Shown here in pieces: positions 28,429 through 39,095 of a stretch of DNA of 64,000 nucleotides (positions are counted from its first letter, which is position 1; each line of letters starts with the position of its first letter). The DNA lies in assembly GCA_963844035.1 (NCBI GenBank), contig CAWJMT010000012.1:79511-143510 (forward strand), in the 5' to 3' direction. Source of the stretch: an uncultured Gemmatimonadales bacterium. GTDB lineage: Bacteria > Gemmatimonadota > Gemmatimonadetes > Gemmatimonadales > GWC2-71-9. A program made the position numbers and the translations under genes. Under the pieces are notes generated by a model, which made no database searches, was not told the origin of the DNA, and saw nothing but the letters and a program-made list of their open reading frames with translations.

Positions 28429-29298
28429 ATGCAGGAGATCACTGTGCCGGCGGACATGCGCGCGTGGTCCCGCGCCGCGCGCAAGCGCGGCCAACGCGTC
28501 GGACTCGTGCCGACGATGGGATTTCTGCATGAGGGGCATCTGCGCCTCGTGGACCGGGCGCGGGAGCGCAGCGATCGCGTAGTCCTCAGCATCTTCGTCA
28601 ATCCGCTGCAATTCGGCGCCGGTGAAGATTTCACGAGTTATCCCCGCGACCTCGAGCGGGACCGGGCGCTGGCGGCCGCGCGCGGGGTGGACTGCCTGTT
28701 TGTGCCCGAGACTCAGGCGATGTACCGCGACTCGCCGCTCGTCCGGATCCGGGCGGGCACCATGGCCGAAACGCTCGAAGGGGCTGCGCGCCCCGGACAC
28801 TTCGACGGCGTGCTCACCGTGGTCGCCAAGCTGTTTCATCTCGCCGAGCCCGACATCGCGTGCTTCGGCCGCAAGGATTTTCAGCAGGCGACCCTGGTGC
28901 GCCGCATGGTGGCCGATCTGGATTTCGCGCTCGAAGTGGACGTGGCCGCCACGGTGCGCGAGCTCGATGGACTCGCGCTGTCATCGCGCAACAGCTACCT
29001 CAGCGCCGACGAGCGGCGTGCCGCGTTGGCATTGTCTCGCGCACTGCGCGCCGTCGAGCAGGCGTGGCGCGGTGGCGAAGCCGATCCCGCGGTCATCGTG
29101 CGGCGGGGAATGCAGGTGCTCAGTGCGCCGGGCGTGGTTCCTGAGTACGTCGCGCTGGTGGGCGAGGACATGCGGCCCGTCGAGCGCGCCGATGCGCGCA
29201 CGGTTGCGGCCGTGGCGGCCAGGGTAGGGCGCACACGCCTGATCGACAACGTGGTGCTGGGTGAAGGGGTGGCTGCCGACCCGGTGGTGCGAGGGTGA
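28429..29298 (+). CDS. panC: Pantoate--beta-alanine ligase
   Basis: VPTMGFLHEGH, FVNPLQF, RPGHFDGV, LSSRN, RLIDN. Confidence 0.96.
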   Translation: MQEITVPADMRAWSRAARKRGQRVGLVPTMGFLHEGHLRLVDRARERSDRVVLSIFVNPLQFGAGEDFTSYPRDLERDRALAAARGVDCLFVPETQAMYRDSPLVRIRAGTMAETLEGAARPGHFDGVLTVVAKLFHLAEPDIACFGRKDFQQATLVRRMVADLDFALEVDVAATVRELDGLALSSRNSYLSADERRAALALSRALRAVEQAWRGGEADPAVIVRRGMQVLSAPGVVPEYVALVGEDMRPVERADARTVAAVAARVGRTRLIDNVVLGEGVAADPVVRG

Positions 29299-29798
29299 GC
29301 GCTACCCTGCCGCCCTGGGCTCAAGTCTCGGCGAAACGGCAGGCGCATATCGAGCGCGTCGCCGGCCTGACCGCTGAGTGGGCGGACGCCATGGGGGTTC
29401 CGGCGACGGAACGCGGGCGCTGGCTCAAGGCGGCGTACCTGCATGACGCGTTGCGCGACGCCCCACTGGCCGACCAGCTGGCGCACGGGCCGGCTGCCGC
29501 CGATCGTGCTGCTCGCGAGGGCGAAACCGACCAGGGGGTTCTGGACGCGGTGCGCTACCATACGGTGGGCTACGCCGGATGGGACGACGCCGGCCGCATG
29601 CTCTATCTCGCCGACTTTCTCGAGCCGGGACGGACGTTTGCCGCGGACGAACGGCGGGCGCTGGCGCGGCGTGTTCCCGCAGAGCGGGACGCAGTGCTCA
29701 AGGAGGTGGTGCGGTGGCGCATCGAATGGGTGCTGCGCTCCGGGTGGCCGCTCGTTCCGGAAACGGTGGGCTTGTGGAACGCGCTCGCCTCGCGCTGA
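29295..29798 (+). CDS. YqeK-like HD-domain hydrolase
   Basis: HIERV, LHD, HGPAAA, AVRYHT, YLADFLEPGR. Confidence 0.8.
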   Translation: MSATLPPWAQVSAKRQAHIERVAGLTAEWADAMGVPATERGRWLKAAYLHDALRDAPLADQLAHGPAAADRAAREGETDQGVLDAVRYHTVGYAGWDDAGRMLYLADFLEPGRTFAADERRALARRVPAERDAVLKEVVRWRIEWVLRSGWPLVPETVGLWNALASR

Positions 29799-30176
29799 TC
29801 GCTGGGTGTCTGGGCGCTCGGCGCGTGCCGGAGCGACGCCCGGGACGCACCGCTGCCGCTCCCTGGCGAACGGGGACCGCGGATGATCGTCGAGGTATTC
29901 AATGCCAGCGGGCGTGCGGGGCTGGGGCGCGTGGGGACGCGCGTGCTGCGGCGGGAAGGCATCGACGTGGTCGCCCTGGGGACCGTGTCCGACGGCGAAG
30001 GGACGCTCGACACCACGCGCATCGTCGTGCGCCGGGGCTCGCTCGCCGCCGCCACGGCGATTCGCAACGCGTTGGGGGTGGGACGCGTGTTGATGCAGCC
30101 CGACAGTACGCGGCTACTCGATGCGAGCGTGTTCCTCGGGGGCGACTTTTCGCCGCGCCTCGAGTTCCACCCGTAG
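29774..30176 (+). CDS. LytR C-terminal domain protein, probable frameshift near 29820-29880
   Basis: VEVFNASGRAGLG...LDASVFLGGDF; the signal-like N-terminus (VERARLALIAGCLG) is in another frame. Confidence 0.7.
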
Positions 30177-31178
30177 CTGCCCGCAGGCGGCGCTGATGTC
30201 CATCCCACGGCTGCGGCGCAGCACCACATGCACACCGCGGCTCTGGAGCCGCTGCTCGAACGCGAGCATGCGCTGACGCGAGCTGGGGGTGAGGTCGGGC
30301 GCGCCCCCGGGATGGAGCGGCAGGAGATTCACCAGCGCGCCGAGCGGTGCGGCGAGGGCGGCGAGCTGGTCGGCCATCTCGGGCGCATCGTTCCGTCCCC
30401 CGATCAACACGTATTCGAGCGTCACCCGCCGGCGAAACTGCTGCAGCGCGCCGAGGACGTCCGCCAACCCGTACTTCTTTTCGATCGGCATCAGCTCGAG
30501 CCGCAACGCCGGCGTCGGCGCGTGCAGTGAGATGGCAAGCCGGAACTGCTCCGGCCGTTTGGCGAGCTGCGCGAGCTGGGGCACGATGCCGACGGTCGAG
30601 ACCGTGATGTGCCGCGCCCCGATGCCGAGCCCCTCGGGGTGATTGAGAATCGAAAGGGCGGTATCGACCGCGGGCCAGTTGAGCAGCGGCTCTCCCATGC
30701 CCATGAAGACCACGTTGGTCGGGCGCGCGGCCGGATCGCGCAACACCAGCTCTCGCACCTGATTCGCGATCTCGCCGGCGGAGAGATTGCGCCGGAATCC
30801 CATGCGGCCGGTGGCGCAGAAGATGCAGCCGAGGGCGCACCCCACTTGCGACGAGATGCACAGCGTGCGCCGCTTCCCTTCGGGAATCAGCACCGATTCA
30901 ATCGCGTCGCCGTCGGCCGGGAGCCACAGGAACTTCTCGGTTCCGTCGCTCGACACCTGGTGGGTGCCAAGGATGAGGCCGGTGAGCGGGAAGCTCTCTG
31001 CGAGCGCCGTCCGTAACCCCGCGGGCAAATCGGTCGCCTCGTCCCAGGTACGTACCGGTCGCTCCCACAGTCGCGGCAGGATCTGGCGGACCCGGTACCC
31101 GGGTTCGCCGCGAGCCGCGCTCCACTGTTCGAGCGCCGCCCGCGCCTCGGGGACCGGGAGCGACAGGAGATCGGTCAC
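30114..31178 (-). CDS. rlmN: 23S rRNA/tRNA m2A methyltransferase RlmN
   Basis: CISSQVGCALGCIFCATG, MGMGEP, ISLHA, DISAACGQL. Confidence 0.96.
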   Translation of the reverse strand: MTDLLSLPVPEARAALEQWSAARGEPGYRVRQILPRLWERPVRTWDEATDLPAGLRTALAESFPLTGLILGTHQVSSDGTEKFLWLPADGDAIESVLIPEGKRRTLCISSQVGCALGCIFCATGRMGFRRNLSAGEIANQVRELVLRDPAARPTNVVFMGMGEPLLNWPAVDTALSILNHPEGLGIGARHITVSTVGIVPQLAQLAKRPEQFRLAISLHAPTPALRLELMPIEKKYGLADVLGALQQFRRRVTLEYVLIGGRNDAPEMADQLAALAAPLGALVNLLPLHPGGAPDLTPSSRQRMLAFEQRLQSRGVHVVLRRSRGMDISAACGQLRVELEARRKVAPEEHARIE

Positions 31179-32071
31179 TCGGTCCCCGCGTCGAGCCCGA
31201 CGCGGTACGCGGACCCGATCTCACTGGCCCCCGCGTCGCGCGCGTAAGTCACGCCATAGTGCCCGACGGTCACCCGAATTCCGGCGCTGCCCCGCCACAG
31301 CGGGGCGCCATAGCCACCTTCCCGCACGACCCGCACGTCCAACTTGAATTGCGCGCCGACCTTGAGCCCCAGCCCGAGTTGATGGTCGGCGCTCACACCT
31401 CGGCCGAGCGAGAAGCCGTAGCGAGCAGTCAGGGATGACGGGCCGCTGCCGTCCCATAGGCTGCCGCGCCACATGCGGCGCTCCACGCCCCCCGAGAAAT
31501 CCTGGTGCGGATCGCCCGGCACGAGTGGGGCAAACAGGTGTGCGGCTCCCGCGACGCGAAACGCGGCGGGGAGTTCCTGGGAAATTCCGACGTCGCCCCC
31601 GAGCTCGTGTGCGTGGACGTCGTCGAGCGTCACGTCTTGCAGTCCCAGCGTTGCCCCCAGCGTGGTTCCCCCCAGCGTCATCGTCCAGTTCCCGCCGACG
31701 AACTGCGCATAGTAGGGAATCGGTCCCGACTCCTCCATGGTACTCGTCCCAGTGCGGATCAAGTCGGACATCTCCATGTTGCCGTACACCAGGCCCAGTT
31801 CTCCCAGCGGATGCAGCCGGAGCCGTCCCACGGCCAGCAGCCCTGTGGCGCTCACAGCCGACGGAGTCTGAATGATCTCCAGGGACAGGCTTGCGCGCCC
31901 GGCCGGGGGCCGTTGGGCCGGGTTCCATATGGCACTCGCGCCACTGGTGGACAGGGCCGACGGAACCGTCAGGGTGGTGCCGGCGAGGCGCCAGAGCTGC
32001 GTTGCCGCCGCCCCTTGGGCCGCCAGCGCCCCGGGGGCACATACCGCCAGCAAGGTGGCAATGCGTTGCAT
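31175..32071 (-). CDS. Secreted hypothetical protein, possible outer-membrane beta-barrel
   Basis: Signal peptide, WNPA motif, alternating beta-strand-like pattern. Confidence 0.55.
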   Translation of the reverse strand: MQRIATLLAVCAPGALAAQGAAATQLWRLAGTTLTVPSALSTSGASAIWNPAQRPPAGRASLSLEIIQTPSAVSATGLLAVGRLRLHPLGELGLVYGNMEMSDLIRTGTSTMEESGPIPYYAQFVGGNWTMTLGGTTLGATLGLQDVTLDDVHAHELGGDVGISQELPAAFRVAGAAHLFAPLVPGDPHQDFSGGVERRMWRGSLWDGSGPSSLTARYGFSLGRGVSADHQLGLGLKVGAQFKLDVRVVREGGYGAPLWRGSAGIRVTVGHYGVTYARDAGASEIGSAYRVGLDAGTE

Positions 32072-32148
32072 GTTGATCGGTTACCGTGCCAAGTGGCGCT
32101 GTCAATTCAAGTTAACTATCTTCAATCGGTTACGACACTTGGCATCGC

Positions 32149-32607
32149 ATGCGGCTGTCTGAGCTATTGCCTCCCAGCAGTATCCGGGTCCCCCTCCAGG
32201 CGCGCGACAAGCCGGGAGTGCTTCGGGAGTTGGCTACCCTGATCATGCCAGGAAGCGGCGGGCCGTTGGAGGAGGTGCTCAGCGCCATCCTCGAGCGCGA
32301 GCGTCAATTTCCAACGGGGATCGGCTACGGCGTGGCCGTCCCGCACGGAAAGTGCCCGGCCCTATCGAGGCTTGGAGCCGTGGCGGGCACGACGCCCGAC
32401 CCCGTGGCCTACGAGACGGTAGACGGAGCGCCGGTGCGGATCTTCTTCATGCTGGTGGGTCCTGAGTCCGAGGCCGGAGCCCACGTGAAGGCGATCAGCC
32501 GCATCTCGCGGCTGGTGCGCCACGAGGTGGTGCGGGCCCACCTGCTCGAGGCTCGCACCCCAGAGGAGTTCCATCGCGTGCTGTGCGAAGCCGAAGGAGT
32601 TCAGTGA
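32149..32607 (+). CDS. PTS IIA domain protein (second paralog in the window)
   Basis: RERQFPTGIGYGVAVPH, DGAPV. Confidence 0.9.
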   Translation: MRLSELLPPSSIRVPLQARDKPGVLRELATLIMPGSGGPLEEVLSAILERERQFPTGIGYGVAVPHGKCPALSRLGAVAGTTPDPVAYETVDGAPVRIFFMLVGPESEAGAHVKAISRISRLVRHEVVRAHLLEARTPEEFHRVLCEAEGVQ

Positions 32608-32608
32608 C

Positions 32609-34381
32609 TTGAGTGCGACGAGTTTGCGGACCCACCTCTGCGGCGCGCTGCGCCTGGAGCACGCGGGGCAGCGTGTGCGCCTCGGCGGCTGGGTGCATCG
32701 GCGCCGCGACCTTGGCGGCATCGTCTTCCTCGACCTGCGCGACCGGGCTGGCCTGATCCAAGTGGCGTTCGGGCCCGGCTGGGCGGCGGAGGCGGTGATA
32801 AAGCAGTCGGGGAGCCTGGGGAGCGAGGCGGTCGTCCTCGTCGAGGGTGTCGTCGTGGCTCGTCCGTCCAACGCCAAGAACCCCGAGATGCCCACCGGGG
32901 ACGTCGAAGTTCACGCCGATGCGGTCACGCTGGTCGGCCCGGCCGTCACTCCGGTGATTCCGGTCGCGGGGGGGAAGAACGACGAGCTCCCCGCGGAGGA
33001 GCTGCGGCTCAAGTACCGCCACCTCGATCTGCGCCGTCCCGAGCTGCAGGCCAACCTGATCCTGCGCCACCGGCTGCTGCAATGCGCCCGGCGCACGCTG
33101 TCCGACCTGGGGTTTCTCGAAATCGAGACGCCGATTCTCACCAAGCCGACTCCCGAAGGCGCGCGAGACTACCTCGTGCCGTCGCGCGTCCATGCCGGCG
33201 AGTTCTACGCGCTCCCCCAGTCGCCCCAGCTCTACAAACAGCTCCTGATGGTGTCGGGGTTCGACCGCTACTTCCAGATCGCCCGCTGCTTCCGGGACGA
33301 AGACCTCCGCAACGACCGGCAGCCGGAGTTCACGCAGATCGACCTCGAGGCGTCGTTCGTCGGCGTCGAGGACGTGTGCCGCGTGGTCGAGACCTTGCTG
33401 GTCGCGCTGTGGGCCGAGGCGGGGCACACCATTCCGCATCCGTTCGTGCGGATCTCGTACCGCGACGCGATGGAGCGGTACGGGACCGACAAGCCCGATC
33501 TTCGCTACGAAGATTTTCCGATCGCCGACTGGACCGCGCGAGTGCAGCCGTTGGGTGTGCCGTTCGTCGAGTCGGCCTTGAAGAACGGGGCGCGCGTTCG
33601 CGGCGTGGCGGTGCGGGGCGGGAGCGTGTTGTCGCGCAAGGACGTCGACCAGCTCGCGGCGGCGGCCAAGGAGATGGGCGGTACGGGACTCGCCTGGGCG
33701 AAGCGCCAGGGTGCGGAGATCACGGGCTCGGTCGGGAAGTATTTCTCGGCCGGCGTGCTGGACGAGCTCGGCGTCGCCGACGGTGACGCCGCATTGCTGA
33801 CGGTCGGCCCGGACCGCGTGACATCGCCCGTGTTGCACCGCGTGCGCCAGGAGGTGATCCGCCGCCTCGCGCCGCCGCCCAAGGCTGAACATGCGTTCTG
33901 TTGGGTGATGGACTTTCCGCTGTTCGAGCCGGATCCGGAGACGGGCCGCCCCGTGTTCACGCATCACCCGTTCACGGCGCCCCATCCCGACGACACCGGA
34001 CTGCTCGAGCGCGATCCGTTTGCGTGCCGGGCGCTGCACTACGATGCCGTGTACAACGGTACCGAGCTCGGCTCCGGGTCGATCCGCATCACCGACCCCG
34101 CAGCGCAGCGGGCGGTGCTGGCCCAGCTCGGCATTACCGGCGCGGACGCCGACGCGCGATTCGGGTTCCTCCTCGCTGGGTTAGCCGCGGGCGCTCCGCC
34201 GCACGGCGGGTTCGCGATCGGGTTCGATCGCGTGACGATGCTGCTCGCCCGCGCGGGGAGCCTGCGCGACGTGATCGCGTTCCCGAAGACCACCGCGGCG
34301 CGCGCATTGTTTGAAGGCGCCCCCGGTCCGGTCAGCCCTGCCGACATGGCGGCCCTCCACATCGCAGTGAAGGAATCGTGA
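32609..34381 (+). CDS. aspS: Aspartate--tRNA ligase
   Basis: LRTHLCG, GWVHRRRDLGG, PEGARDY, ARCFRDEDLR, GAPPHGG. Confidence 0.97.
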   Translation: MSATSLRTHLCGALRLEHAGQRVRLGGWVHRRRDLGGIVFLDLRDRAGLIQVAFGPGWAAEAVIKQSGSLGSEAVVLVEGVVVARPSNAKNPEMPTGDVEVHADAVTLVGPAVTPVIPVAGGKNDELPAEELRLKYRHLDLRRPELQANLILRHRLLQCARRTLSDLGFLEIETPILTKPTPEGARDYLVPSRVHAGEFYALPQSPQLYKQLLMVSGFDRYFQIARCFRDEDLRNDRQPEFTQIDLEASFVGVEDVCRVVETLLVALWAEAGHTIPHPFVRISYRDAMERYGTDKPDLRYEDFPIADWTARVQPLGVPFVESALKNGARVRGVAVRGGSVLSRKDVDQLAAAAKEMGGTGLAWAKRQGAEITGSVGKYFSAGVLDELGVADGDAALLTVGPDRVTSPVLHRVRQEVIRRLAPPPKAEHAFCWVMDFPLFEPDPETGRPVFTHHPFTAPHPDDTGLLERDPFACRALHYDAVYNGTELGSGSIRITDPAAQRAVLAQLGITGADADARFGFLLAGLAAGAPPHGGFAIGFDRVTMLLARAGSLRDVIAFPKTTAARALFEGAPGPVSPADMAALHIAVKES

Positions 34382-35340
34382 GCGACGACGTCGCCCACCG
34401 CCTCTCGACGGAAGGGGTCGATTCGCTGTCACTCGCCGGGGTCAACGACGGCAACCTGGTCGAGCTCGCGAAGCGCACCGGAGTGCGCATCTCGTTGCGC
34501 GGCGACACGCTGTTTCTCGCCGGCTCGCCCGATGCGGTCGAGCGCGCCACGCCGGTTGCTCAGGCGCTCGTCGACCTTGCCCGCATGGGCGAAGTGCTCG
34601 ATGTCACCGACGTGGCGCGCGTCGCGAGTGAAGGAGGCCGGGCGACGAACGCCCAGGGCGGGAATGGGGAGGGGGACCAAAAGATCATCCTTCCCGGCCT
34701 GCGGCGGGTGATCCAGCCCAAGACGCCGGGGCAGCGCGAGTATCTGAAGGCGATCGCGCAGAACGACATCGTCGTCGGCATCGGCCCCGCCGGGACGGGC
34801 AAGACGTACCTGGCAGTCGCGGCCGCGGTCGATGCCCTGTCGCGCAAGCGGGTCCGCCGCATCGTGCTGGCGCGGCCCGCCGTAGAGGCCGGGGAAAGCC
34901 TCGGGTTCCTTCCCGGCGACCTGCAGTCCAAGGTGGATCCCTACCTCCGCCCGCTGTACGACGCGCTCGAGGACATGATCCCGCGCGACCGCGTTCAGAA
35001 AGCGATCGAGGACGGCACGATCGAGATCGCGCCGCTGGCATACATGCGCGGCCGCACCCTGGCCGACGCGTTCGTCATCCTCGACGAGGCCCAGAACGCG
35101 ACCGGCATGCAAATGAAGATGTTCCTCACCCGGCTCGGCGTGAACTCGCGCGCCGTGATCACGGGGGACAAGACACAGATCGACCTGGAAATCCGCGAGG
35201 ACTCGGGGCTGTTGCAGATCGAGCGCATCCTGCCCGGAATCGAGGGGATCGGCTTCTGTTTCCTCGACGAAGGCGACGTCGTGCGGCATCGCCTGGTGCG
35301 CGACATCATCCGGGCGTATGCGGAGGATGGCCAGGGCTAG
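34378..35340 (+). CDS. phoH: PhoH-family ATPase
   Basis: GPAGTGKT, RPAVEAGE.LGFLPG, YMRGRT, DEAQN. Confidence 0.93.
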   Translation: MSDDVAHRLSTEGVDSLSLAGVNDGNLVELAKRTGVRISLRGDTLFLAGSPDAVERATPVAQALVDLARMGEVLDVTDVARVASEGGRATNAQGGNGEGDQKIILPGLRRVIQPKTPGQREYLKAIAQNDIVVGIGPAGTGKTYLAVAAAVDALSRKRVRRIVLARPAVEAGESLGFLPGDLQSKVDPYLRPLYDALEDMIPRDRVQKAIEDGTIEIAPLAYMRGRTLADAFVILDEAQNATGMQMKMFLTRLGVNSRAVITGDKTQIDLEIREDSGLLQIERILPGIEGIGFCFLDEGDVVRHRLVRDIIRAYAEDGQG

Positions 35341-37513
35341 CATGCGCATCCCGTCCAAAGAACGAGTGCGCTATCACGCGGCGCGCTGGGCCTGGGTCGT
35401 GGGGCTCGCGCTGACCGCGTACCTCGCGTTTCCGTCCAGTGCGATCGATTTCGCGCCGCTGCTCGAGGCGAGCAAGGTGGCGGACCGCGACGTGGTCGCG
35501 CCGTTCACGTTCTCGGTGAGCAAGACCGACCAGGAGCTGGTGCGTGAGGCCGAGGAGCTCGCCAGTACCGTCAAGCCGATCTACGAATTCCAGCAGCGTG
35601 CGCTCGACAGCGCGCGCGCGACGCTCCGGGTCGTCTTCGCCGCGCTCGATGCGGCAGATCAGACATCGGCCGCCGTGCGGGGCGTCGCACAACAGTACGG
35701 GATCACGCTCACGCAGGATGAAGCGGCGTACCTGGCGAACGGCAAGCGGCGGCGCCGCATCGAATCGGCGCTGGCCGGGCTGTTCGACCGTACGCTGGCC
35801 GTCGGGGTTACGGCACCGGGTGTGCTGCAGGTCGAGCAGTCGTCCGAGCTGATCATCCGGCGCCGTTCGTCGGAAACCGCCGTACCACGCGAGCAGGTGC
35901 AATCCTACGCGCAGTACCTCGTCCGAGTTCGGGCCACCCACCCCGACAAGGGCTCGGTGGCGGGGGACGCTGTGTACGTGCGGTTGGCGGGGTACTTCTT
36001 CCGGCCGACTCTGGTGCCGAACGTGGTCGCCACGGAACGCCGCCGTGACGAGCTGCGACGCAGTGTGGACCAGACGAAGTACGTGGTCCGCGCGGGCGAG
36101 CGGATTGTTGGTGCGCACGAAGTCGTGACCAGCGAAGCCCGCGAACGGCTCGTCGCGCTGCAGCAGGAGCTGCTGCGGCGTGGCGCCGCGACCAGCCATT
36201 CGGTGCGCGGCGTGCTGGGGCCGTTGCTGCGCGATTCGCTGGTGATCGGAATCTTCTGGGTGTTGATGCTGTTTTATCGCCGCGAGACCTATCGCGAGCA
36301 ACGCCAGGTGGCCCTCGTCGCGTTGCTCTTGGCCGCCTCGATTCTCGGTGCGGCGGCGGTGGCCCGCTGGCAGCCCCAGCATCCCGAGCTCATCCCGCTG
36401 CCGTTCACCGCGATGATGTTGACCGTGCTGTTCAACGGGCGGGTCTCGCTCACCGCCGCGATGATTATCTCGCTCGTCGTCGGGTTGCAGCCGGTATTCC
36501 ACGACAGCCCGGCCCTGTTCTTCACCGCCGCGGGCGGCGTGACCGCTGCGCTGTCCATCCGCGTGTTGCGGCGGCGCAGCCATCTGATGGTCGTCGTGCT
36601 GCTCGTCGGGGCGGGGTATCTGGTCGGCGCCATCGCCATCGGTCTCTCGAGCGCCGCGAGCGCCGGGGAGATCCTGGTGCGGGCATTGGGGGGCACCGTC
36701 AACGGGCTCGTGTCCGCGGGCCTGACCCTGTTGCTCCTGCCGGTGGCCGAAGCGCTCACCCACATCACGACCGACCTCACACTGCTCGAGCTGTCCGATC
36801 CGAGCCGGCCGCTGCTGCGGCGGTTGTCGCTGGAAGCACCCGGCACGTACGCGCACAGCGTCGCCATGGCGAACCTCGTGGAGGCGGCGTGCAATCGCGT
36901 CGGGGCGAACGGGTTGTTGGGTCGGGTGGGCTGCTACTACCACGACGTGGGGAAGGTGAAGAACCCGCAGTATTTCGTCGAGAACCAGACGCGCGGCAAC
37001 AATCCGCACGACCGTCTGGACCCGCGCGCGTCCGCCCAGATCATCAAGGCGCACGTCACTGATGGCCTGGCGCTGGCGGCGGAGGTCGCGCTCCCGGACG
37101 CCGTGGCGGCGTTCATCCCCGAGCATCACGGCACCATGGAGATCACGTACTTCCTCGACCGGGCCAAGAAGCTCGAGGCGGGGACTGCCCCCAGGCCGGT
37201 GGACTTCGCCTATCCGGGCCCGAAACCGCGATCGGTCGAGACGGCGGTCACCATGCTCGCCGACTCGGTCGAAGCGGCGCTGCGGGTGCTCGAGGATCTC
37301 ACGCCCGCGAAAATCGAGGAAGCGATCAACCACATCGTCCGCACCAAGCTCAATCAGGGCCAGCTGGACGACGCGCCGATCACTCTGCGGCAGATCAACC
37401 AGGTGAAGGCGGAGTTCGTGCGCAGCATCGCCGGGATGTACCACAATCGCATCGACTACCCCGAGTCTAGTGGCGGCATCTCGGCGAGCTGGCAGCCCAC
37501 AGCAAAGGCGTGA
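35327..37513 (+). CDS. 7TM-HDIG membrane phosphohydrolase (PgpH/YqfF-like)
   Basis: Extracellular domain, multiple TMs, APGTYAHS, YHDVGK, EHHGT, YPGPKP, MLADSVEAA. Confidence 0.9.
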   Translation: MARASMRIPSKERVRYHAARWAWVVGLALTAYLAFPSSAIDFAPLLEASKVADRDVVAPFTFSVSKTDQELVREAEELASTVKPIYEFQQRALDSARATLRVVFAALDAADQTSAAVRGVAQQYGITLTQDEAAYLANGKRRRRIESALAGLFDRTLAVGVTAPGVLQVEQSSELIIRRRSSETAVPREQVQSYAQYLVRVRATHPDKGSVAGDAVYVRLAGYFFRPTLVPNVVATERRRDELRRSVDQTKYVVRAGERIVGAHEVVTSEARERLVALQQELLRRGAATSHSVRGVLGPLLRDSLVIGIFWVLMLFYRRETYREQRQVALVALLLAASILGAAAVARWQPQHPELIPLPFTAMMLTVLFNGRVSLTAAMIISLVVGLQPVFHDSPALFFTAAGGVTAALSIRVLRRRSHLMVVVLLVGAGYLVGAIAIGLSSAASAGEILVRALGGTVNGLVSAGLTLLLLPVAEALTHITTDLTLLELSDPSRPLLRRLSLEAPGTYAHSVAMANLVEAACNRVGANGLLGRVGCYYHDVGKVKNPQYFVENQTRGNNPHDRLDPRASAQIIKAHVTDGLALAAEVALPDAVAAFIPEHHGTMEITYFLDRAKKLEAGTAPRPVDFAYPGPKPRSVETAVTMLADSVEAALRVLEDLTPAKIEEAINHIVRTKLNQGQLDDAPITLRQINQVKAEFVRSIAGMYHNRIDYPESSGGISASWQPTAKA

Positions 37514-37920
37514 GCGCGTGGTGAGTCATGCTGCGCGGCAAGTGCTGACCTGGGAGCGGGCCCGCAACACGCGTGTGGAGGTGACGTTCCTGCGTCCCGA
37601 CGCGATGCGTCGCCTGAACCGCCGCGCCATCGGACGCCGCGGCCTCACCGACGTGATCGCGTTCGCGCTTCCCCAACCCGATGGCAGCGTGGTAGGCGAC
37701 GTGTACCTGTGTCCCGAGGCGGCCGCTCGGTGGGTCAAGAATCAGGGACCGGGGAAGGGGGACGGGGGAAGGGTGGACGGAAGAGATGATGCGGCTCGCC
37801 GTGCACGGCACGCTGCACGTCCTCGGGTACGACCACCCTGAGGGCCCCGGCCGGACGCGCTGCGCCATGTGGAGGAAGCAGGAGGGCTACGTGCGTCGCC
37901 TGCTCGCCCCACGCCGGTAA
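37470..37920 (+). CDS. ybeY: rRNA maturation endoribonuclease YbeY, frameshift near 37770, start uncertain
   Basis: TDVIAF, GDVYL; HGTLHVLGYDH in the next frame, ending TAA at 37920. Confidence 0.88.
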
Positions 37921-39095
37921 TGCTCACCGCGACAGCCGTGCAGCTCGGCGGGGCGATCCTCGCGCTCGGGGCCGCCCTGTGGGCGGCCCTTCTCGCCCTG
38001 GGCGAAGAAGTCGCCGTGGGGGAAGCGCTCCACACACTGGGCGACGCGCCACCCGCGGCCCCCGGCGCTCGGGTGCCGCTGCACCGGGCGCTCCACGTCG
38101 CGCGACTCGCGCTGCTGGTGCTCGGTGCCGTCGCTGCCGGGAACGCCCTGGGGTGGTGGCAGCGCCCGTGGCCCACGGCCCTCGCCGATCTGGGACTGGC
38201 GACGGCGCTGCTGTTCGTGGTGGGCGATGCGCTCCCGCGCACCCTGGTGCGGCTGGCCCCGGAGCTGGGCGAGGCCGCGCTGCCGCTGGCCCGCCGATCG
38301 CTCGCTCCCTTCAATCTTCTCCTCTGGCTGCTCGCGTGGGCGGACCGCGGGCTGCACGCTCTGGTGATTACTCCGCCACTGCTCGCCCCGCCGCTCGGGA
38401 TTGCCCAGCGAGACATGCTGCTCGGCGTATTCACGTTGGCCGACACCACGGTCGAAGAGGTGATGACGCCCCGGCTCGACATCGTGGCCGTCGACCAGGG
38501 CGCATCCACCGAAACGTTGCTGGAAACATTCCGGCAGAGCGAGCACTCGCGCCTGCCGGTGTACGACGGTACGCCGGACGCCATCGTTGGGATCGTCGAC
38601 GCCAAGGATGTGGTCCCGGTGGCGATGGGGATGAGCCACACGGATGGCCGCTGGCAAGACCTCGTCCGCCCCGCGGCGTACATCCCGGAAACCAAGACGC
38701 TCGACCAGCAGCTGCGCGATTTTCAGCGTGGGCCGACACACTGCGCCATCGTCGTGGATGAGTTCGGCGGCACCGCCGGACTCATCACGCTGGAAGACAT
38801 TCTCGAAGAAGTCGTGGGGGAGATCCATGACGAGCAGGATGTCGACGTTCCGTCCCCGATTCAGCGGGACGGCAATGGCTATTGGGTGGATGGGCGCGTC
38901 ACGCTGGACGATTTGGCGGGCGCGCTCGGCACCTCGTTCGACCACCCCGACGTGTCCACCGTCGGCGGCCTGGTCTACCAGGCGCTGGGGCGCGTACCGC
39001 GGCCCGGTGAAGAGCTGCTCCTCGACGGCTTTCGCGTCGTGGTGGAGCGCGTCGACCGACGCCGCGTGACCCGCGTCTACTTCGAGAAACAATGA
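37920..39095 (+). CDS. CNNM/HlyC/CorC family protein (TM + CBS pair + CorC domain)
   Basis: VMTPR, HSRLPVY, VVDEFGGTAGLITLEDILEE, TVGG. Confidence 0.9.
   Translation: MLTATAVQLGGAILALGAALWAALLALGEEVAVGEALHTLGDAPPAAPGARVPLHRALHVARLALLVLGAVAAGNALGWWQRPWPTALADLGLATALLFVVGDALPRTLVRLAPELGEAALPLARRSLAPFNLLLWLLAWADRGLHALVITPPLLAPPLGIAQRDMLLGVFTLADTTVEEVMTPRLDIVAVDQGASTETLLETFRQSEHSRLPVYDGTPDAIVGIVDAKDVVPVAMGMSHTDGRWQDLVRPAAYIPETKTLDQQLRDFQRGPTHCAIVVDEFGGTAGLITLEDILEEVVGEIHDEQDVDVPSPIQRDGNGYWVDGRVTLDDLAGALGTSFDHPDVSTVGGLVYQALGRVPRPGEELLLDGFRVVVERVDRRRVTRVYFEKQ

Noticed and set aside
30114..30176. 63-nt convergent overlap of rlmN with the LytR_C gene
   Set aside because: Short 3' overlaps are common in high-GC genomes, and the overlapping RlmN tail lies beyond the conserved ACGQL motif.
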